From Octopus vulgaris (Eukaryota), in NCBI GenBank assembly GCA_951406725.2, contig OX597817.1:83390001-83454000 (forward strand): DNA of 64,000 nt, given 5' to 3'. The position numbers and the translations under genes are program-made. Under the pieces are notes generated by a model. It had not been told where the DNA came from, did no database searches, and saw only the letters and a program-made list of their open reading frames with translations. Shown piece by piece: positions 1 through 14,739 of the stretch (its first letter is position 1; each line of letters starts with the position of its first letter).

Positions 1-38
<38 letters not shown>

Positions 39-48
39 GCGTGTGTGT
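1..48. repeat. (GT)n microsatellite
   Basis: Direct reading. Confidence 0.95.
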
Positions 49-371
49 AATTACTGTCCCTGGGTTGCCATGTCTTTTCTTGTATACTTTTTGTGTCAAC
101 GTGCTACATTCACTTATTATATGAGTAACATTTTCCTCTTTTGATTTGCATAATCTACATTGGAAATCTACTTGATATTTCTCTATCTAGGCTTTTATCT
201 AATTAGTCCTTAATGCTTCATCTTGTGCAACTTCTGCATCAATAACCATGTCTCACTACAAATATTTGTTGCAACTATATTTGGGGGTCTAACATGCAAC
301 GCTTTCTCCTGCCAGTCAGATCATTTTTGTTTTTTTTCTGTTTTTTTTTATTTCATTTAGGTTTTTGTTTT

Positions 372-430
372 TACTATCATCATCATCCTCATCCTCCTCA
401 TCATCATCATCCTCATCATCATCATCATCA

Positions 431-482
<52 letters not shown>

Positions 483-500
483 CATTATTATTATTATTGT
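372..500. repeat. Compound (CAT)n/(TAT)n microsatellite
   Basis: Direct reading; explains the poly-H/Y/S/L ORFs. Confidence 0.95.
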
Positions 501-629
501 TGAATGAACAATATTACGACACTTCGTATGTCTTCCACAAGTTCAAAATAATCATCTCAATCTACTTCATTGTTCATTCGATAACAGTCGCACTCTTCTT
601 CTTCTTCTTCTTCTTCTTCTTCTTCTTCT

Positions 630-1536
630 GACCATATATTTCCAGTGGTTATAACTGCTCACTTTCCCGTGTCTGCATATATATATATTCAGACTTGGCA
701 AGGACTGAATATGATTAATTGTTTAACTGTGCTGGTTGCACATTCTGCATTTGGTGTTGGGGCCTGTTTTCAATATTCTTTTTTATAATTGTTTGTAATC
801 AGGCATTGGTCTTGTGCAGAGAGAATCAGTCCTTTCGTTTCAGCCTTTAGTCCAGAGCTTTTCAGCCACCGTTGGCTTTTACTTAGGCTCATTCTCTCTC
901 TGTCAAACCTTGCAAGGTATTAGACATGGAGTGATTTTTCTCTCCATATCTTCTTGAGTATGTTTTGTAATGCTGTTTTCGCATTGTTTTTAGTCTCTGA
1001 CCATTTCTGCTATGTTGTTATCTGAAGTCAGTGTTTCAGTGTAGTTTGTTTCTGTTTTGTATTTTATCGCCTCCCAGTGTATAGAGAAAAGCGTTTTCTT
1101 TTCTTCGTGTTGCTTTACTACATGCAGTAGGCTTCCACTCTTTGTTTCTAATTACTTTCCTAGTCCAACTATTGTTATGTAATAGTAGTTCTCTATCTGT
1201 ATCAGTCCACGGCTTCCTTCTGAGTGGGGTAAATATGTTCTTTCTGTGTCTGCTTAGGGGTGGTGACTTCAGTAGGCTGTAAATAGTTTTGTGGTTTTCT
1301 ATCTAGAGTTCCCAATTCCCTTTATCTTCCAAGCTGTAATTTACGACTTGTATGGCTAGCGTGTTTATCTTTATTATCCTATTTTTAGTATTAAGTTCAG
1401 TGTTTAATTGTAGTTTAACTCTTCTGTAATACTCTCTCTTAATTTTCTGTGTGTTGCGTTTTAGCTGTTTCGTCTATTTTTAGATATTTACACGGGCGGA
1501 TGTGGTTTAACTCTCTAATTGTTGTATCTATGTTGA

Positions 1537-1538
<2 letters not shown>
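630..1538 (-). mobile_element. R4/Dong-like RLE non-LTR retrotransposon fragment (RT motif 7/thumb to CCHC knuckle), degenerate
   Basis: Minus-strand hand translation gives YYRRVKLQLNTELNTKNRIIKINTLAIQVVNYS, ERTYLPHSEGSRGLIQIE, QRWLKSSGLKAETKGLILSAQDQCL and CRMC..TINHI, with stops and frameshifts. Confidence 0.8.

Positions 1539-1633
<95 letters not shown>
1539..1633. repeat. (ATT)n/(TAA)n tract, the 3' tail or target of the adjacent element
   Basis: Direct reading. Confidence 0.95.
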
Positions 1634-3085
<1,452 letters not shown>

Positions 3086-3088
<3 letters not shown>

Positions 3089-3340
3089 GAGCACCATCCG
3101 GAGTATTCGAGCGGTTCCAAGCAGTGCTGGTTTCTGCAAGTGCTCTACTCTTATTGCAGCTCCTATTTGTTCCATGTACCTCTCAAGATTTTTACTCACT
3201 ATTCCCAGGGCTCCCACAATTATTGGTGCTATTTCCACCTTTTCAGCAACCACAACTGCTTAACTTTCCAAGTTAATCTGTCATATCTATTGACTTTTCT
3301 TTCTTCCTTATCGCATATCTTGTTGTCAGATGGGCATTCT
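3086..3340 (-). mobile_element. R4/Dong-like element, lineage C, RLE C-terminal fragment
   Basis: ORF 3023..3253 contains VEIAPIIVGALGIVSKNLERYMEQIG..LQKPALLGTARILRMVLE. Confidence 0.8.
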
Positions 3341-3790
<450 letters not shown>

Positions 3791-4438
3791 TGAATAACTT
3801 TGAACTCACTACTGAGGTCATACATAGAAACTTGAAACCTTTCACATCCAGCATCATATGCGCAATATCTGCTGCATAAAATGGCAAGATAAGATATCAA
3901 AGGTCAAAAGTTCAGAAACATGTGATGTCTCCAGTGTCGAAAGGATGCTGTTAAAATTCAGTGCAGATGTGCTGAATATGTTGTCCGAATGCAAGATTAT
4001 CACATTATGAAAATTCCTTCATGGCCATCAAGTAGAGGAATTCTGCTGTGAAAGGATACTTCTGCTACGGTATAAGGATAAGTTAAATCAATCGCTAAAA
4101 TCCCTTCAGCTTAATTTAACATCTCGGCAAAGTTATTGCTGAGATCGATCAAATTGGTGTAAAATGTGTCATGGAGTAACGGAACAATAAAAGAATTATA
4201 TCCGGCAATCAACAGACACGTTTGTCAAATCCCAGGCAAAAATAAAAAATCACGATTGTCCCCATCGTGACTTCGTAGCAAAATCGATATCTATACTCAC
4301 ATTACGTTCACAAGTTCATCGCAAATACATGCAGCTTCTTTTCCAAACTTTTTCATTGTTTACTTTTTTTTAAGTCCTTTCCTTCAAGCACTCATATGTC
4401 GAAATCGAAGTGAGTGACTATTATCATCATCATTATTA

Positions 4439-4482
<44 letters not shown>

Positions 4483-5036
4483 GAGTGAGAGAGCAGTGCA
4501 TGCCATCAAAGTGACACTGGGGTAAAATATACGAAGCATAATATACCCATCATGACTACCCGTCTGATAAGGGTACACCAGGCACATGCATTACAACCAT
4601 ATGTGCGCGACATGGTGATCTCATATCAAGATAAACAGCCCATGACCTTGCAGGTGGGGCCCAGTTAGAATTTTTTTCAGGTTGAGTAGCCCATCCCGCT
4701 CAACAGGTCCCTGAATAAGCGTTGTTTAAGGATGTTGAAAGAACCACCAATGTTTCCAGAGGTGAATTATTCAAACCCCAAAGAATCCCTCTCGACACAT
4801 GGCTATGATGCTCCCCCACTACTTCTGCTCGTGATCAGAGATGCACATATCGTCAGCCACTAAGGGACATGCTCAACTGGTTAAGGTCAAACAACTGACA
4901 AACAAATCTGTGGTATTGAGCAGAATATTTGCTGTAGCCCATCTTTTATACCAAGACAAAACAATGTACATGATAACACTTCCAATCAGTTAAGATCAGA
5001 AGCCATGAGAGCCACTGCCTGGTACTGCATCAGGGC

Positions 5037-5040
<4 letters not shown>
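4483..5040 (-). mobile_element. 558-bp non-coding (TAA)n-embedded element, copy 2 (full length)
   Basis: Near-identical to 27902-28459; (ATT)n on both sides. Confidence 0.9.
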
Positions 5041-5097
<57 letters not shown>

Positions 5098-5098
<1 letters not shown>

Positions 5099-5432
5099 TA
5101 TGTTTGACTTTTGCTTTATATTTGTACAAGTTGGCTCCAAGTCTCACCCAGAGACCTCAAGAGACAACAGGGTTGGAAGTTCATGTTGTTGTTATGCCTA
5201 GTGTGCCATATATTTGGGGGGTGGGGATGTTGTACTAATGAATGTCTAAAAAAAAAAGTTGTTTTTTTTTTTTTTTTTTTTTAAACCGAAAATTGTTCCC
5301 ATGAGCACTATCTAACTTATTTTGGGTTTCCTGGTATCTAGTTAGGTAGCTATCAGCCCTTTTGCTATTTCCCAGGGCATTGATTTGTTTTATTTCATTA
5401 CATTTTGCTGATTTCTATTTCAAGATCTTTAT
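5098..5432 (-). mobile_element. R4/Dong-like lineage A, short 3' fragment
   Basis: YKDLEIEISKM..ALGN; 3' UTR shared with 6023-6395, 35105-36030 and 46095-46965. Confidence 0.8.
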
Positions 5433-5435
5433 ATT

Positions 5436-5932
5436 GAGAGAGAGCAGTTCATGCCATCAAAGTGACACTGGGGTAAAATATACGAAGCCCAATATACCCA
5501 TCATGACTACCCGTCTGATAAAGGTACACCAGGCACATGCATCACAACCATATGTGCGCGACATGATGATCTCATATCAAGATAAACAGCACATGACCTT
5601 GCAGGTGGGGCCCAGTTAGAATATTCTTCAGGTTGAGTAGCCCATCCTGCTCAAACGGTCCCTGAATAAGGGTTGCTTTAGGATGCTGAACGAAACACCT
5701 ATGTTTCCAGAGGTGAACCATTCAAACTCCAAAGAATCCCTCTCAACACATGGCCATGATGCTCCCCCACTACTTCTGCTCGTGATCAGAGATGCACATA
5801 TCGTCAGCCACTAAGGGACATGCTCAACTGGTTAAGGTCAAACAACTGACAAGCAAATCTGTGGTATTGAGCAGAATATTTGCTGTAGCCCACCTTTTAT
5901 ACCAAGACAAAACGGCAAATCTGTGGTATTGA

Positions 5933-5933
<1 letters not shown>
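5436..5933 (-). mobile_element. 558-bp element, copy 3, 5'-truncated with a 19-nt junction duplication
   Basis: Lacks the last about 80 bp at the plus-strand right end; gcaaatctgtggtattgag is repeated at 5915-5933. Confidence 0.85.
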
Positions 5934-6007
<74 letters not shown>

Positions 6008-6022
6008 ATTATTATTATTATT

Positions 6023-6578
<556 letters not shown>

Positions 6579-6580
<2 letters not shown>

Positions 6581-6700
6581 GGCGGCATTTCATCCGCTTT
6601 TGTGTCCATAGTCGATAAAGTCGATAAAGTAAGTACCAATTTAACACTGCTGTTGACCTCATTCTCCGAAATTGTTGGCCTGATGCTAAGATTCGAAACA
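6579..6700 (+). mobile_element. MetaSINE-type SINE, internally deleted
   Basis: aaggcggc head and gtcgataaagtaagtacca core motif, as in 13235-13440. Confidence 0.55.
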
Positions 6701-6923
6701 ATTACTATAATTAATTGTGTTGCATTGAATAGATATAAAGTACTGGTTCTAGTATTTTAAATCTATTTTACATCAAACTTACTCCATAAAGTGTTTGATA
6801 ATTATGTTTGAAGTATTATACTTCTTTTGGAGTACTCACATGTTCGTCTTGAAATCCAGCCGTTCCAAATGCTACAATACATTTGGAGAGATAGAAACAT
6901 TACCCCAATAGTAACTGGAACTA

Positions 6924-7484
6924 TTTGGTCATCCGAAAAGTTCGTGCCGGTTTTTAAAGGAAAGAAAAAAGTCAGTAAATACTTGCCTTTTTTAATCAAC
7001 CAAACGTGAACCATTTTATTGCACAATGCGTCTCCATTTTTCCTTTAACTTGAAAATGCCCTCTTCCCAGAATTGAGGTGGTTTCATGGCAAAGAATTCA
7101 TCAAAGTATCTTTTTACCTCATCTAAGAAATTGAAATTTTTACCATTAAGACTATTCTTCAGAGACCTGAATAAGTGGAAATCCGAAGGAGCAATATATG
7201 GTGAATATGGAGGGTGGGGTAACACATCGCAGCCGAGCTGCAGCTATTTTTGTCTGGTTCCCAACGCATCAAGTGCAGAAAATGAACTTTCTTATCTTCC
7301 ATTTTAAAGGGTTACAGAATTAACACAGGTTATAGGAACATAAACCTTCTTCCACGAAAAGATAGCTTAAACTCTGTTCTAAATTGAGGTGTAGTCAAAT
7401 CCTATTTTATAGACTCACCCACGTTCTAAAATAAGTCGAAAGTTAAGCTACTATAAATCGGCACGAACTTTTCGGACAACCCAA
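6924..7484 (-). mobile_element. Internally deleted mariner (MITE-like derivative)
   Basis: About 28-bp TIRs (tttggtcatccgaaaagttcgtgccg / cggcacgaacttttcggacaacccaa) flanked by TA at 6922-6923 and 7485-7486; MEDKKVHF N-terminus joined to VLPHPPYSPYIAPSDFHLFRSL..EEGIFKLKEKW. Confidence 0.9.
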
Positions 7485-8089
7485 TACTTTCAGCTTTGCA
7501 GCAGTACCTCCCCACATTATTGACAGATTTAACTTTATTTTACCATATTTCGTTATTTCTTCAATTCCCATACAATATTTTTATCTAAAGGAATTACAAC
7601 GTCCATTATTATCCAGTCTCTTCTATACCATACGTAATGATATCTGGTAAAATGCGTTCAACTTTTCTCTCTATCTACGTATCAAAATGATTGAATATTA
7701 TTGTTCACGAGGTTCATTTACTGGCTTTCATAGTCCATGATTACACCATCCGTCTGAAATGTTGCGAATGTATGTATTTTACAAAGCGACCGGTCTAAAC
7801 TGAGACGAACCTGATCGGGCTATCGCTTCTATATTTTCTAGGGTAATATACAGCAGCCTGCTACATTATGATCTATATTTTCCTCTTGCTGATAATATAG
7901 GCGATATTTCTTCGTTCAAGTAGAAGTATATATATCCTTAATTGATGAATTAGTATTTAGCGCTTCTCTTAGGCAGCGGCCATTCAATATTCCTATTCTG
8001 TCCATAAATCTCTATTTGGAGTCCTACAATGAGTCCTTATTTTCCATATTCTTGGTACTGCTGTGGAACTATGTAACTACCAATCATCT

Positions 8090-8277
8090 TCTTTTTCTTC
8101 TTCTTCTTCTTCTTCTTCTTCTTCTTCTTCTTCTTCTTCTTCTTCTTCTTCTTCTTCTTCTTCTTCTTCTTCTTCTTCTTCTTCTTCTTCTGTTACAACA
8201 ACTACTACCACCACCACCACTACTAATAATAATAACAACAACAACAACAACTATTATTATTATTATTATTATTATTA
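8090..8277. repeat. Compound (TTC)n/(ACC)n/(AAC)n/(ATT)n microsatellite
   Basis: Direct reading. Confidence 0.9.
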
Positions 8278-8279
8278 AA

Positions 8280-8705
8280 ATGTGACTCCAATCGACCAGA
8301 CATTGGGATCAATGACTACAACAGAGGAACTTGTTTGTTAATAGATATGTCTGTCTCACAAGGTCAAAATGTTTCAAGAAAGGAATACGTAAAGCTTTCT
8401 CACAATAAAAAACTGCAAATTGAACTCACAAAAATGTGGAAGCTTAGTACTACGATAATACCAGTAGTAATTGGTGCGTTGGGAATGATAACGAAGGGAT
8501 TGAGACGTATATTAACTCCAAGCTCCGTGAACTACAAAAGATAACCCATATATTACAGAAAGCACTGTCCATCTAAAATGGAATAAATGTGGTGATAATT
8601 TTAGCATGCATAGTAAAACAAAATTGAACTTGCTACTCTTGGCCTCTGGAGGACGCCCGGTAATAAGGCAGTTGAAATATAGTTATAATGAAAGGAAACC
8701 ATAAA
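8280..8705 (+). mobile_element. R4/Dong-like RLE 3' fragment
   Basis: NRPD, then ORF 8335..8544 LIDMSVS..KLQIELTKMWKLSTTIIPVVIGALGMITKG, followed by a 3' UTR. Confidence 0.8.
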
Positions 8706-8711
8706 TACTAT

Positions 8712-8890
8712 TGGCACAAGGCCTGAAGTTTTGGGTGGGAGGGTTAAGGTGATTACATCAACCCCAGTTCTCACCTGGTATTTATATTACCTACCCCGAA
8801 AGGATGCCAATAGACCTCTGCGGAATTTGAAACAAGAACATGAAGACAGAAGAAATACTGCTAAGCAATTCACCCTTCCTGCTAACGATT
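8712..8890 (-). mobile_element. MetaSINE-type SINE, diverged
   Basis: ggcacaaggcctgaa..cccgaaaggatg..cggaatttgaa..gctaacgatt is the reverse complement of the 27586 copy. Confidence 0.75.
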
Positions 8891-8895
8891 AATTC

Positions 8896-8998
8896 AAAAC
8901 AAAAGCGACCTTGCTTGTCTTGACCACAGGAGGATGCCCGGTACTAAGGCAGCTGAAATAAAGTTATAATGAAAGGAAACCATAAATAATAATAATAC
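8896..8998 (+). mobile_element. Second 3' UTR copy of the 8280-8705 RLE family with (AAT)n tail
   Basis: About 90-bp diverged direct repeat of 8615-8705. Confidence 0.7.
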
Positions 8999-9887
8999 TA
9001 TTTCCTCTTCTTATTTTTATTCTTCATTTTATCTTCTCCTCTTCCCTCGATGGCTTTTAGTTTCTGTGTAAATCATGATTTTCTCATCCAGCGCCCCGAC
9101 CTTTCTTGTGAAAATTTCTCGATCAACAATGCGCACTCTTCGTTGCGACACCTGGCTGATAACTTCACTTTATCTTTTAAACTAGTCCATATTGAGAAAA
9201 CTCTAATTACGCACGTGTTTATCAAACTATAAAAAACATATCGTTGATGGGCGGCGTTATCATTGCTCTTCGTACTCTATACTAGTATTTTTTTTAAATT
9301 GAAGTTTTAAATGCTTGATTTTTTTGTATTTGCATCTTCTAATTGCATAGTCTTCTCTCTTCCCACCTTTCTCTCAGTTAAGTGTTTATTTTGGTTTTTT
9401 TTATTTTCAAATACGTTTTCATATTTGAAAATTTTATTGGAACGGAGGCGAGCGTTGTTTTTATTATTTTTTTATGTGTTATTTTAGCAAGCACTACTAC
9501 CATCATAAAGAGCACCTCTTCCAGCTACTGCTGAGGGAACCATCTTTTAACATGAGTAAATATTGCAAATGGCTGATTGGAGAAATATATACAGTTAAAA
9601 CAAGGATTTATTTGAACTACTTTTGTTTTCTACCCCAGGTTAATGGGATGAACATTGAAATAATGCGAGGTCTTTGTCTGTAAACGAACCAAAGACAAAA
9701 CATTTAATAGATTCACTGCCAAATAATAACTTTTATATAAATATCCATTTACACAAATAGTTATTTAATTTTTGTTCTAGGCCAACAATTTGAATGGGGA
9801 TTGAGTTACATGATGACATCAGCTCCATTTCTTGACAGGTATTTTACTTAACAAACTCTGAAAAGCGACTGTATTCGAATCCAAAAT

Positions 9888-9940
<53 letters not shown>

Positions 9941-9941
9941 C

Positions 9942-10003
9942 CCATTTACTATAGGCACAAGGCTTTGGTAGAGGGGAGCTAGTCGATTACATCGACCCCA
10001 GTA
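9942..10003 (-). mobile_element. MetaSINE-type SINE, 3' fragment next to (TAG)n
   Basis: ctataggcacaagg..ctagtcgattacatcgaccccagt. Confidence 0.65.
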
Positions 10004-10109
10004 CCCCCAACAACAATTAGAAAAATCATGAACACACAATTCTGCACACACCTCAGCAACAAATTGTAGCGGGATATGCAAATCAAATTTGCCTAAAACT
10101 ATCAAATGT

Positions 10110-10176
<67 letters not shown>

Positions 10177-10177
<1 letters not shown>

Positions 10178-10380
10178 CCTTTCTTTTATAGACACAAGAT
10201 CTGAAATTTGGGGGAGGGGCCTAGTCAATTACATCAACCCCAGTGGTTCACTGGTACTTAATTTATCGACCCCGAAAGGATGAAAGGCAAGGCGTACATC
10301 GGCGGATATTGAAATTAGAACTTAGCGATGGGCGAAATACCGCTGAGCATTTCGTCTAACGTGCTAATGATTTTGCCAGT
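10177..10380 (-). mobile_element. MetaSINE-type tRNA-derived SINE with (ATT)n tail
   Basis: Core ctggtacttaatttatcgaccccgaaaggatgaaaggc; simple-repeat tail at 10111-10176. Confidence 0.85.
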
Positions 10381-10399
10381 AGAGAGAGGTAAGATGCTG

Positions 10400-10720
10400 T
10401 ATGAGCGAGAAGCACTGAGTGGCGGAGACGGAGACCTGCAAAATCTTGTGTGATTTCCCAATCCGAACGGACAAGGTAATGGAGTACAACAAAGTGGACC
10501 TAATGGTGGTAGACAACGTGATCTACATGTGCTATATACGTGACGTTGCGTGCTTCTTTGACCCACGAACAGTCAGGAAGGAAAGCGAAAAAATAGATAT
10601 ATACTATCCACCTAAGTACGAAATAGCCCGGCTATGGAAAATGAAGCAGGTGAATCCAGTGCCAATTATTGTTGGGCCTTTGGGAACAGTATTACGGAGC
10701 TTCAAGAGGAATATAAATCA
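10400..10720 (+). mobile_element. R4/Dong-like RLE endonuclease fragment
   Basis: ORF 10419..10757 KILCDFPIRTDKVMEYNKVDLMVVD..DVACFFD..EKIDIY..EIARLWKMKQVNPVPIIVGPLG. Confidence 0.8.
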
Positions 10721-11186
10721 ATTTACCAAGGAAGGTGGGCTTAGTCGGGGCCATTGACTAATTGCATTAAAGGCAAGTGACTTTCGCGGATCTTACCGCC
10801 AAATAACAATTCTGTTCTTGGTCTGGGTCCCTTTGGCCATATCAGTCACACCAGTCACACGTCATCTTGTTCAAGTAATACTCTAAGAAGTTCATCAGAT
10901 CTTGGCAGATTCGGCAAGAAACTTTGAAAACGCAACTACCATAAAGCCCCTCTCACTATGATCACCAAGCAGAAATAGACTACCCAGTTATCAAAGGAAG
11001 AGTGTTTCTTTGTCACCATGACGGCATGTCTGTTAACTGGATTAATTCTGCATGAGACACCAAATTTTGATATGGATCTATAACTCAGCGATGCACGGAC
11101 ACAAAATGAATACTTGCTGGACAGTATTCTTTTGGAACCACCATAAAAAGAATTTTATGGTGGTTCCAAAATAACCATATGTATAT

Positions 11187-11462
11187 CAGGACTAGGCTGT
11201 CTTGTGTTCTTGAGCAAGCCACTTTATTTCATGCTGCTCCAGTTCACTCAGCTGCAGAAATGAGTTGCAACGTCACTGGTGCCAAGCTGTATTGCCCTTT
11301 GCCGTTCCCTTGGATAACATCAGTGGCGTGGAAAGAGGGGAGCAGGTATACACGGGTGACTGCTGGTCTTCCATAGACAACCTTGCTCCGACTTGTGCCT
11401 CAGAGAGTAACTTTCTAGGTGCATTCCCATGGTCATCCATGACCGAAAGGGGTTTTTACCCT
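11187..11462 (+). mobile_element. tRNA-derived SINE (same family as 41380-41632), 5'-truncated
   Basis: Shares tgtgttcttgagcaag-cactttatttca-g-tgctccagttc-ctc and ttggataacatc-gtggcgtgga. Confidence 0.75.
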
Positions 11463-13234
11463 ATACTCTATTTTATTCCTGAATAGACAAGAACCATCTG
11501 GAGTACCAACTACTTTTGAATACATTACATAATCTCGACACGAAAGTCCTCTACAAGCGACTCAGACTGACTTCTTTGACATATCGTTTTTAAAATTATT
11601 ATCACTCATACTGTATAAAAAAATGCTAGGGTTGAAGTCTCACCTACAGAAGTATCCAGTTGGTAGACTGAACTAAGCGCTGGGTCGCATTCTATAAGTT
11701 CTATATCTAGATCTGATAAAAAAAAACTTGCTTTTGTATTATTGGATTATTGTTTTATTATTGAATTTTCCCAGAAACTCCAGCGTTAGTTTTGCTTGTG
11801 ATTTTAATGCTACTATATGACACCACATTTTTTCTCTCTTACTCTTTTATTCTTTTCTAAGTTGAGCAAGAAGATATGCAGGTATTTCATGCTAGTGTGT
11901 GCGATTATTGCTAATATCCCGTCACATTGATGATTTCGGATATCATCATGCCATACCAAACTGCGGCAGTAATGATTTATTTTATTCTTCTTGCGTCGCA
12001 TATTTTCATAGCTTTTTTGTTGTCTCGTAAACATTCTCGAAGATTTCGCTATAGCTATTATGATGGTCGTAACACAATCAAGTCTAAGAGCTATAAACTA
12101 GACATTTCAATCTAATGATATGCCTAGAACAGGCTTCATTTCTCATCAGCACTTAAGATTCGGCATCATCACTACTAGAATAATGGTGGTTGAATGCCTC
12201 ATTTATTATAGCACATTCTTATTGTTCTTGAGTTCAAACTTGTTGCTTTGCCACAATTTTCTTCAGCTCACCATGTAAACTACCAGAGATAGAACAAAAG
12301 ATTCTTGTTCAAATGATAGGAAACTCGTATTTACTCTCTTCCAGGGCAACTATACTTTGATTTTTTAATCATTGTTATGGATCAAAGTAGTCATCAGCTA
12401 ATGAACGTCTCTATAAGATTAATGTAATGTTTCACAGGAAACTAAGTTCACAGCACAGGCAAAACATAATGATTGAAAAGGCTAAAATTAGACCTTTAAA
12501 AATTTGCCTCAAATCAAATAGGAGCTAACGTGAATATCGGCTATAGTAAAGTAGATTTAAAATATGGCTGTGATCTTATAAGAATAGCTAAGTAGAGAAA
12601 CAGAAATTTAAGAGGGAAATATCTTTAAGAGTGGTAAAGCTGTTACGAAGCAACAATATGGCAGGCGTTCAGTTAGGTGGTTAGAAAACATGCAGCTACA
12701 GTACACACAAAAAGATACACAGAAATACAAACACACACACACACACATACATACACACACACTTTAAAACAAAGATCGGTAGGAATTTGTTGGCCAAATC
12801 TTTAATTACCAAGAGATTTAACCACTCAAATACAAAGGAATTGTAGTATCATTTTGATTCTTCTACCACCTGTCCACTGATTCCAAGAACTAGCAAGTTG
12901 CGTACTACCTTTGTCATAGCCAAGCTAATTTCCCTACCGTACTTCATATCCCGTCCTAAAAACTTCATCCAACCCAAACTGCAACACTAATTATTTGCTG
13001 CTAGGTGCAGTAGTCTTGTACCTTTATATCTTCCCACGATTTCCATTACAAAATTTCAAACTGAATATCTGTAGCACCGACCATACCAGTTTGGAACTCT
13101 GTGAAGGTGAAGGACGCTACACCTCGAACAGTATAAAAATCTGTGAAAGTCAGCAAGATGTATTTTTTATAAATTGAATGCACATTTTTAGATTGAGTTT
13201 GATAATATTATTAACGATAATATTCTATTCACGT

Positions 13235-13440
13235 AAGGCAGCGAGCTGGCAGAATCGTTACCGCCCCGAGCAAAATGCTTAACAAGATCTCGCCTTCACG
13301 TTCAGAGTTCAAATGGTGCCAAAGTCGGCTTTATCTTTCATTCTTTCGCGGTCGATAAAATCAGAACTAGTTGCGCGCAAGGTTCGATCTAACCGATTTA
13401 ATCCTCCCTTGAAATTGCTGGCTTTGTGCCAGAATTTGAA
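13235..13440 (+). mobile_element. MetaSINE-type tRNA-derived SINE with 13-bp TSD
   Basis: A box tggcagaatcgtta, B box gagttcaaat, core ctttcattctttcgcggtcgataaaa; TSD atattctattcac at 13220-13232 and 13445-13457. Confidence 0.85.
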
Positions 13441-13802
13441 TCCGATATTCTATTCACATCTTGTAACATTTGATAAGTCTTATTATTATTAGGGTAAGTT
13501 GGCCGAATATTCGTCCATTGTTCGATGACATCACCGCTTTCTTTATTTAGTAATAATAGCATTCAACTATAAACTATACATGTTAACTATTTATTGACTG
13601 ATGCGTTCAGCAAATGAAATACTTGTCTCTTTGTCAAATATGTAGTGACGAGACTGACAGAAATTGCAAACAATTCTCTTCGCTTAATATTTTATATCTC
13701 AAATCATATCGCGTCAACTGTCATACATCTTATGAATATGTTTCATTAAAATGTTATTACGCTATATGCTCCGCTGTAAGCTCCTCCGAATGGTCTTCTG
13801 TG

Positions 13803-13861
<59 letters not shown>

Positions 13862-13863
13862 AG

Positions 13864-13919
<56 letters not shown>
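13803..13919. repeat. Head-to-head (TATC)n-ag-(GATA)n palindromic microsatellite
   Basis: Direct reading. Confidence 0.9.
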
Positions 13920-13920
<1 letters not shown>

Positions 13921-14675
13921 ACAGATGTGTGTGCGCGCGCGCGTATGTGTGTGTTAGTAACATTCTCTTAGCTTTGGTTGCCTCGGGCGCAATGTCAGGA
14001 ACAGCTTTCAGGAACCCAATCTGTTGAAATATAATAGTTTTATACAAATATATGTGCAGCCAGCGAGAGAAGAGAAACCAGCAACAGCAAGATGACCTCT
14101 GATTGGTTGATTACGATGCCAGCCAGCTATGGAACAAAAGCAAAAGTATGTAACTTATACATTGCTGAAGAATGGCAACATATTGATACAGTTGTATGAG
14201 GTACTTACCAGGGAACAAACAGAGATCTCTAAATGCAATTCAAGTATAAGTTCTACAAGGTGACAAACAACATGTCACTGGTTGGCATGACAAGCAAATA
14301 GGGAAAAGCTATAGATATCTTTAATGAAACGCGTGCACTCACCCATACGCACCACACACATCACACGCACACATATATATAAACGCATATACATAGTACA
14401 AGTTAGAAGAACGAATATGACAAAACTTTATAAGTAGTTACAATTGAATCTGCACGACTCTGTATCCAACGCCATTCCAAGGAAACGATTCCATGTAAAA
14501 AAAATTGCGTAATACGTGTGATTGATTACTGGAAAGTGCCACTTCGTGTGACTTGCATAATGTTGTGCGATTTTACATTAGGTTGAGTGGTGAATTAGAA
14601 AACAATCTCTAACTTTTTACTCTATTATAAGCTGCACAATGCTCCCACCCATATATACATACATACATACATACA

Positions 14676-14739
<64 letters not shown>

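Noticed and set aside
4556-4576. ctgataa in the 558-bp element as a hammerhead core
   Set aside because: G8 is missing without compensation and there is no correctly placed GAAA or stem III; it is the loop of a simple hairpin.
4811-4822. 11-nt match of the 558-bp element to the U1 snRNA 3' region (GUAGUGGGGGA on the minus strand)
   Set aside because: Too short, with no other U1 similarity.
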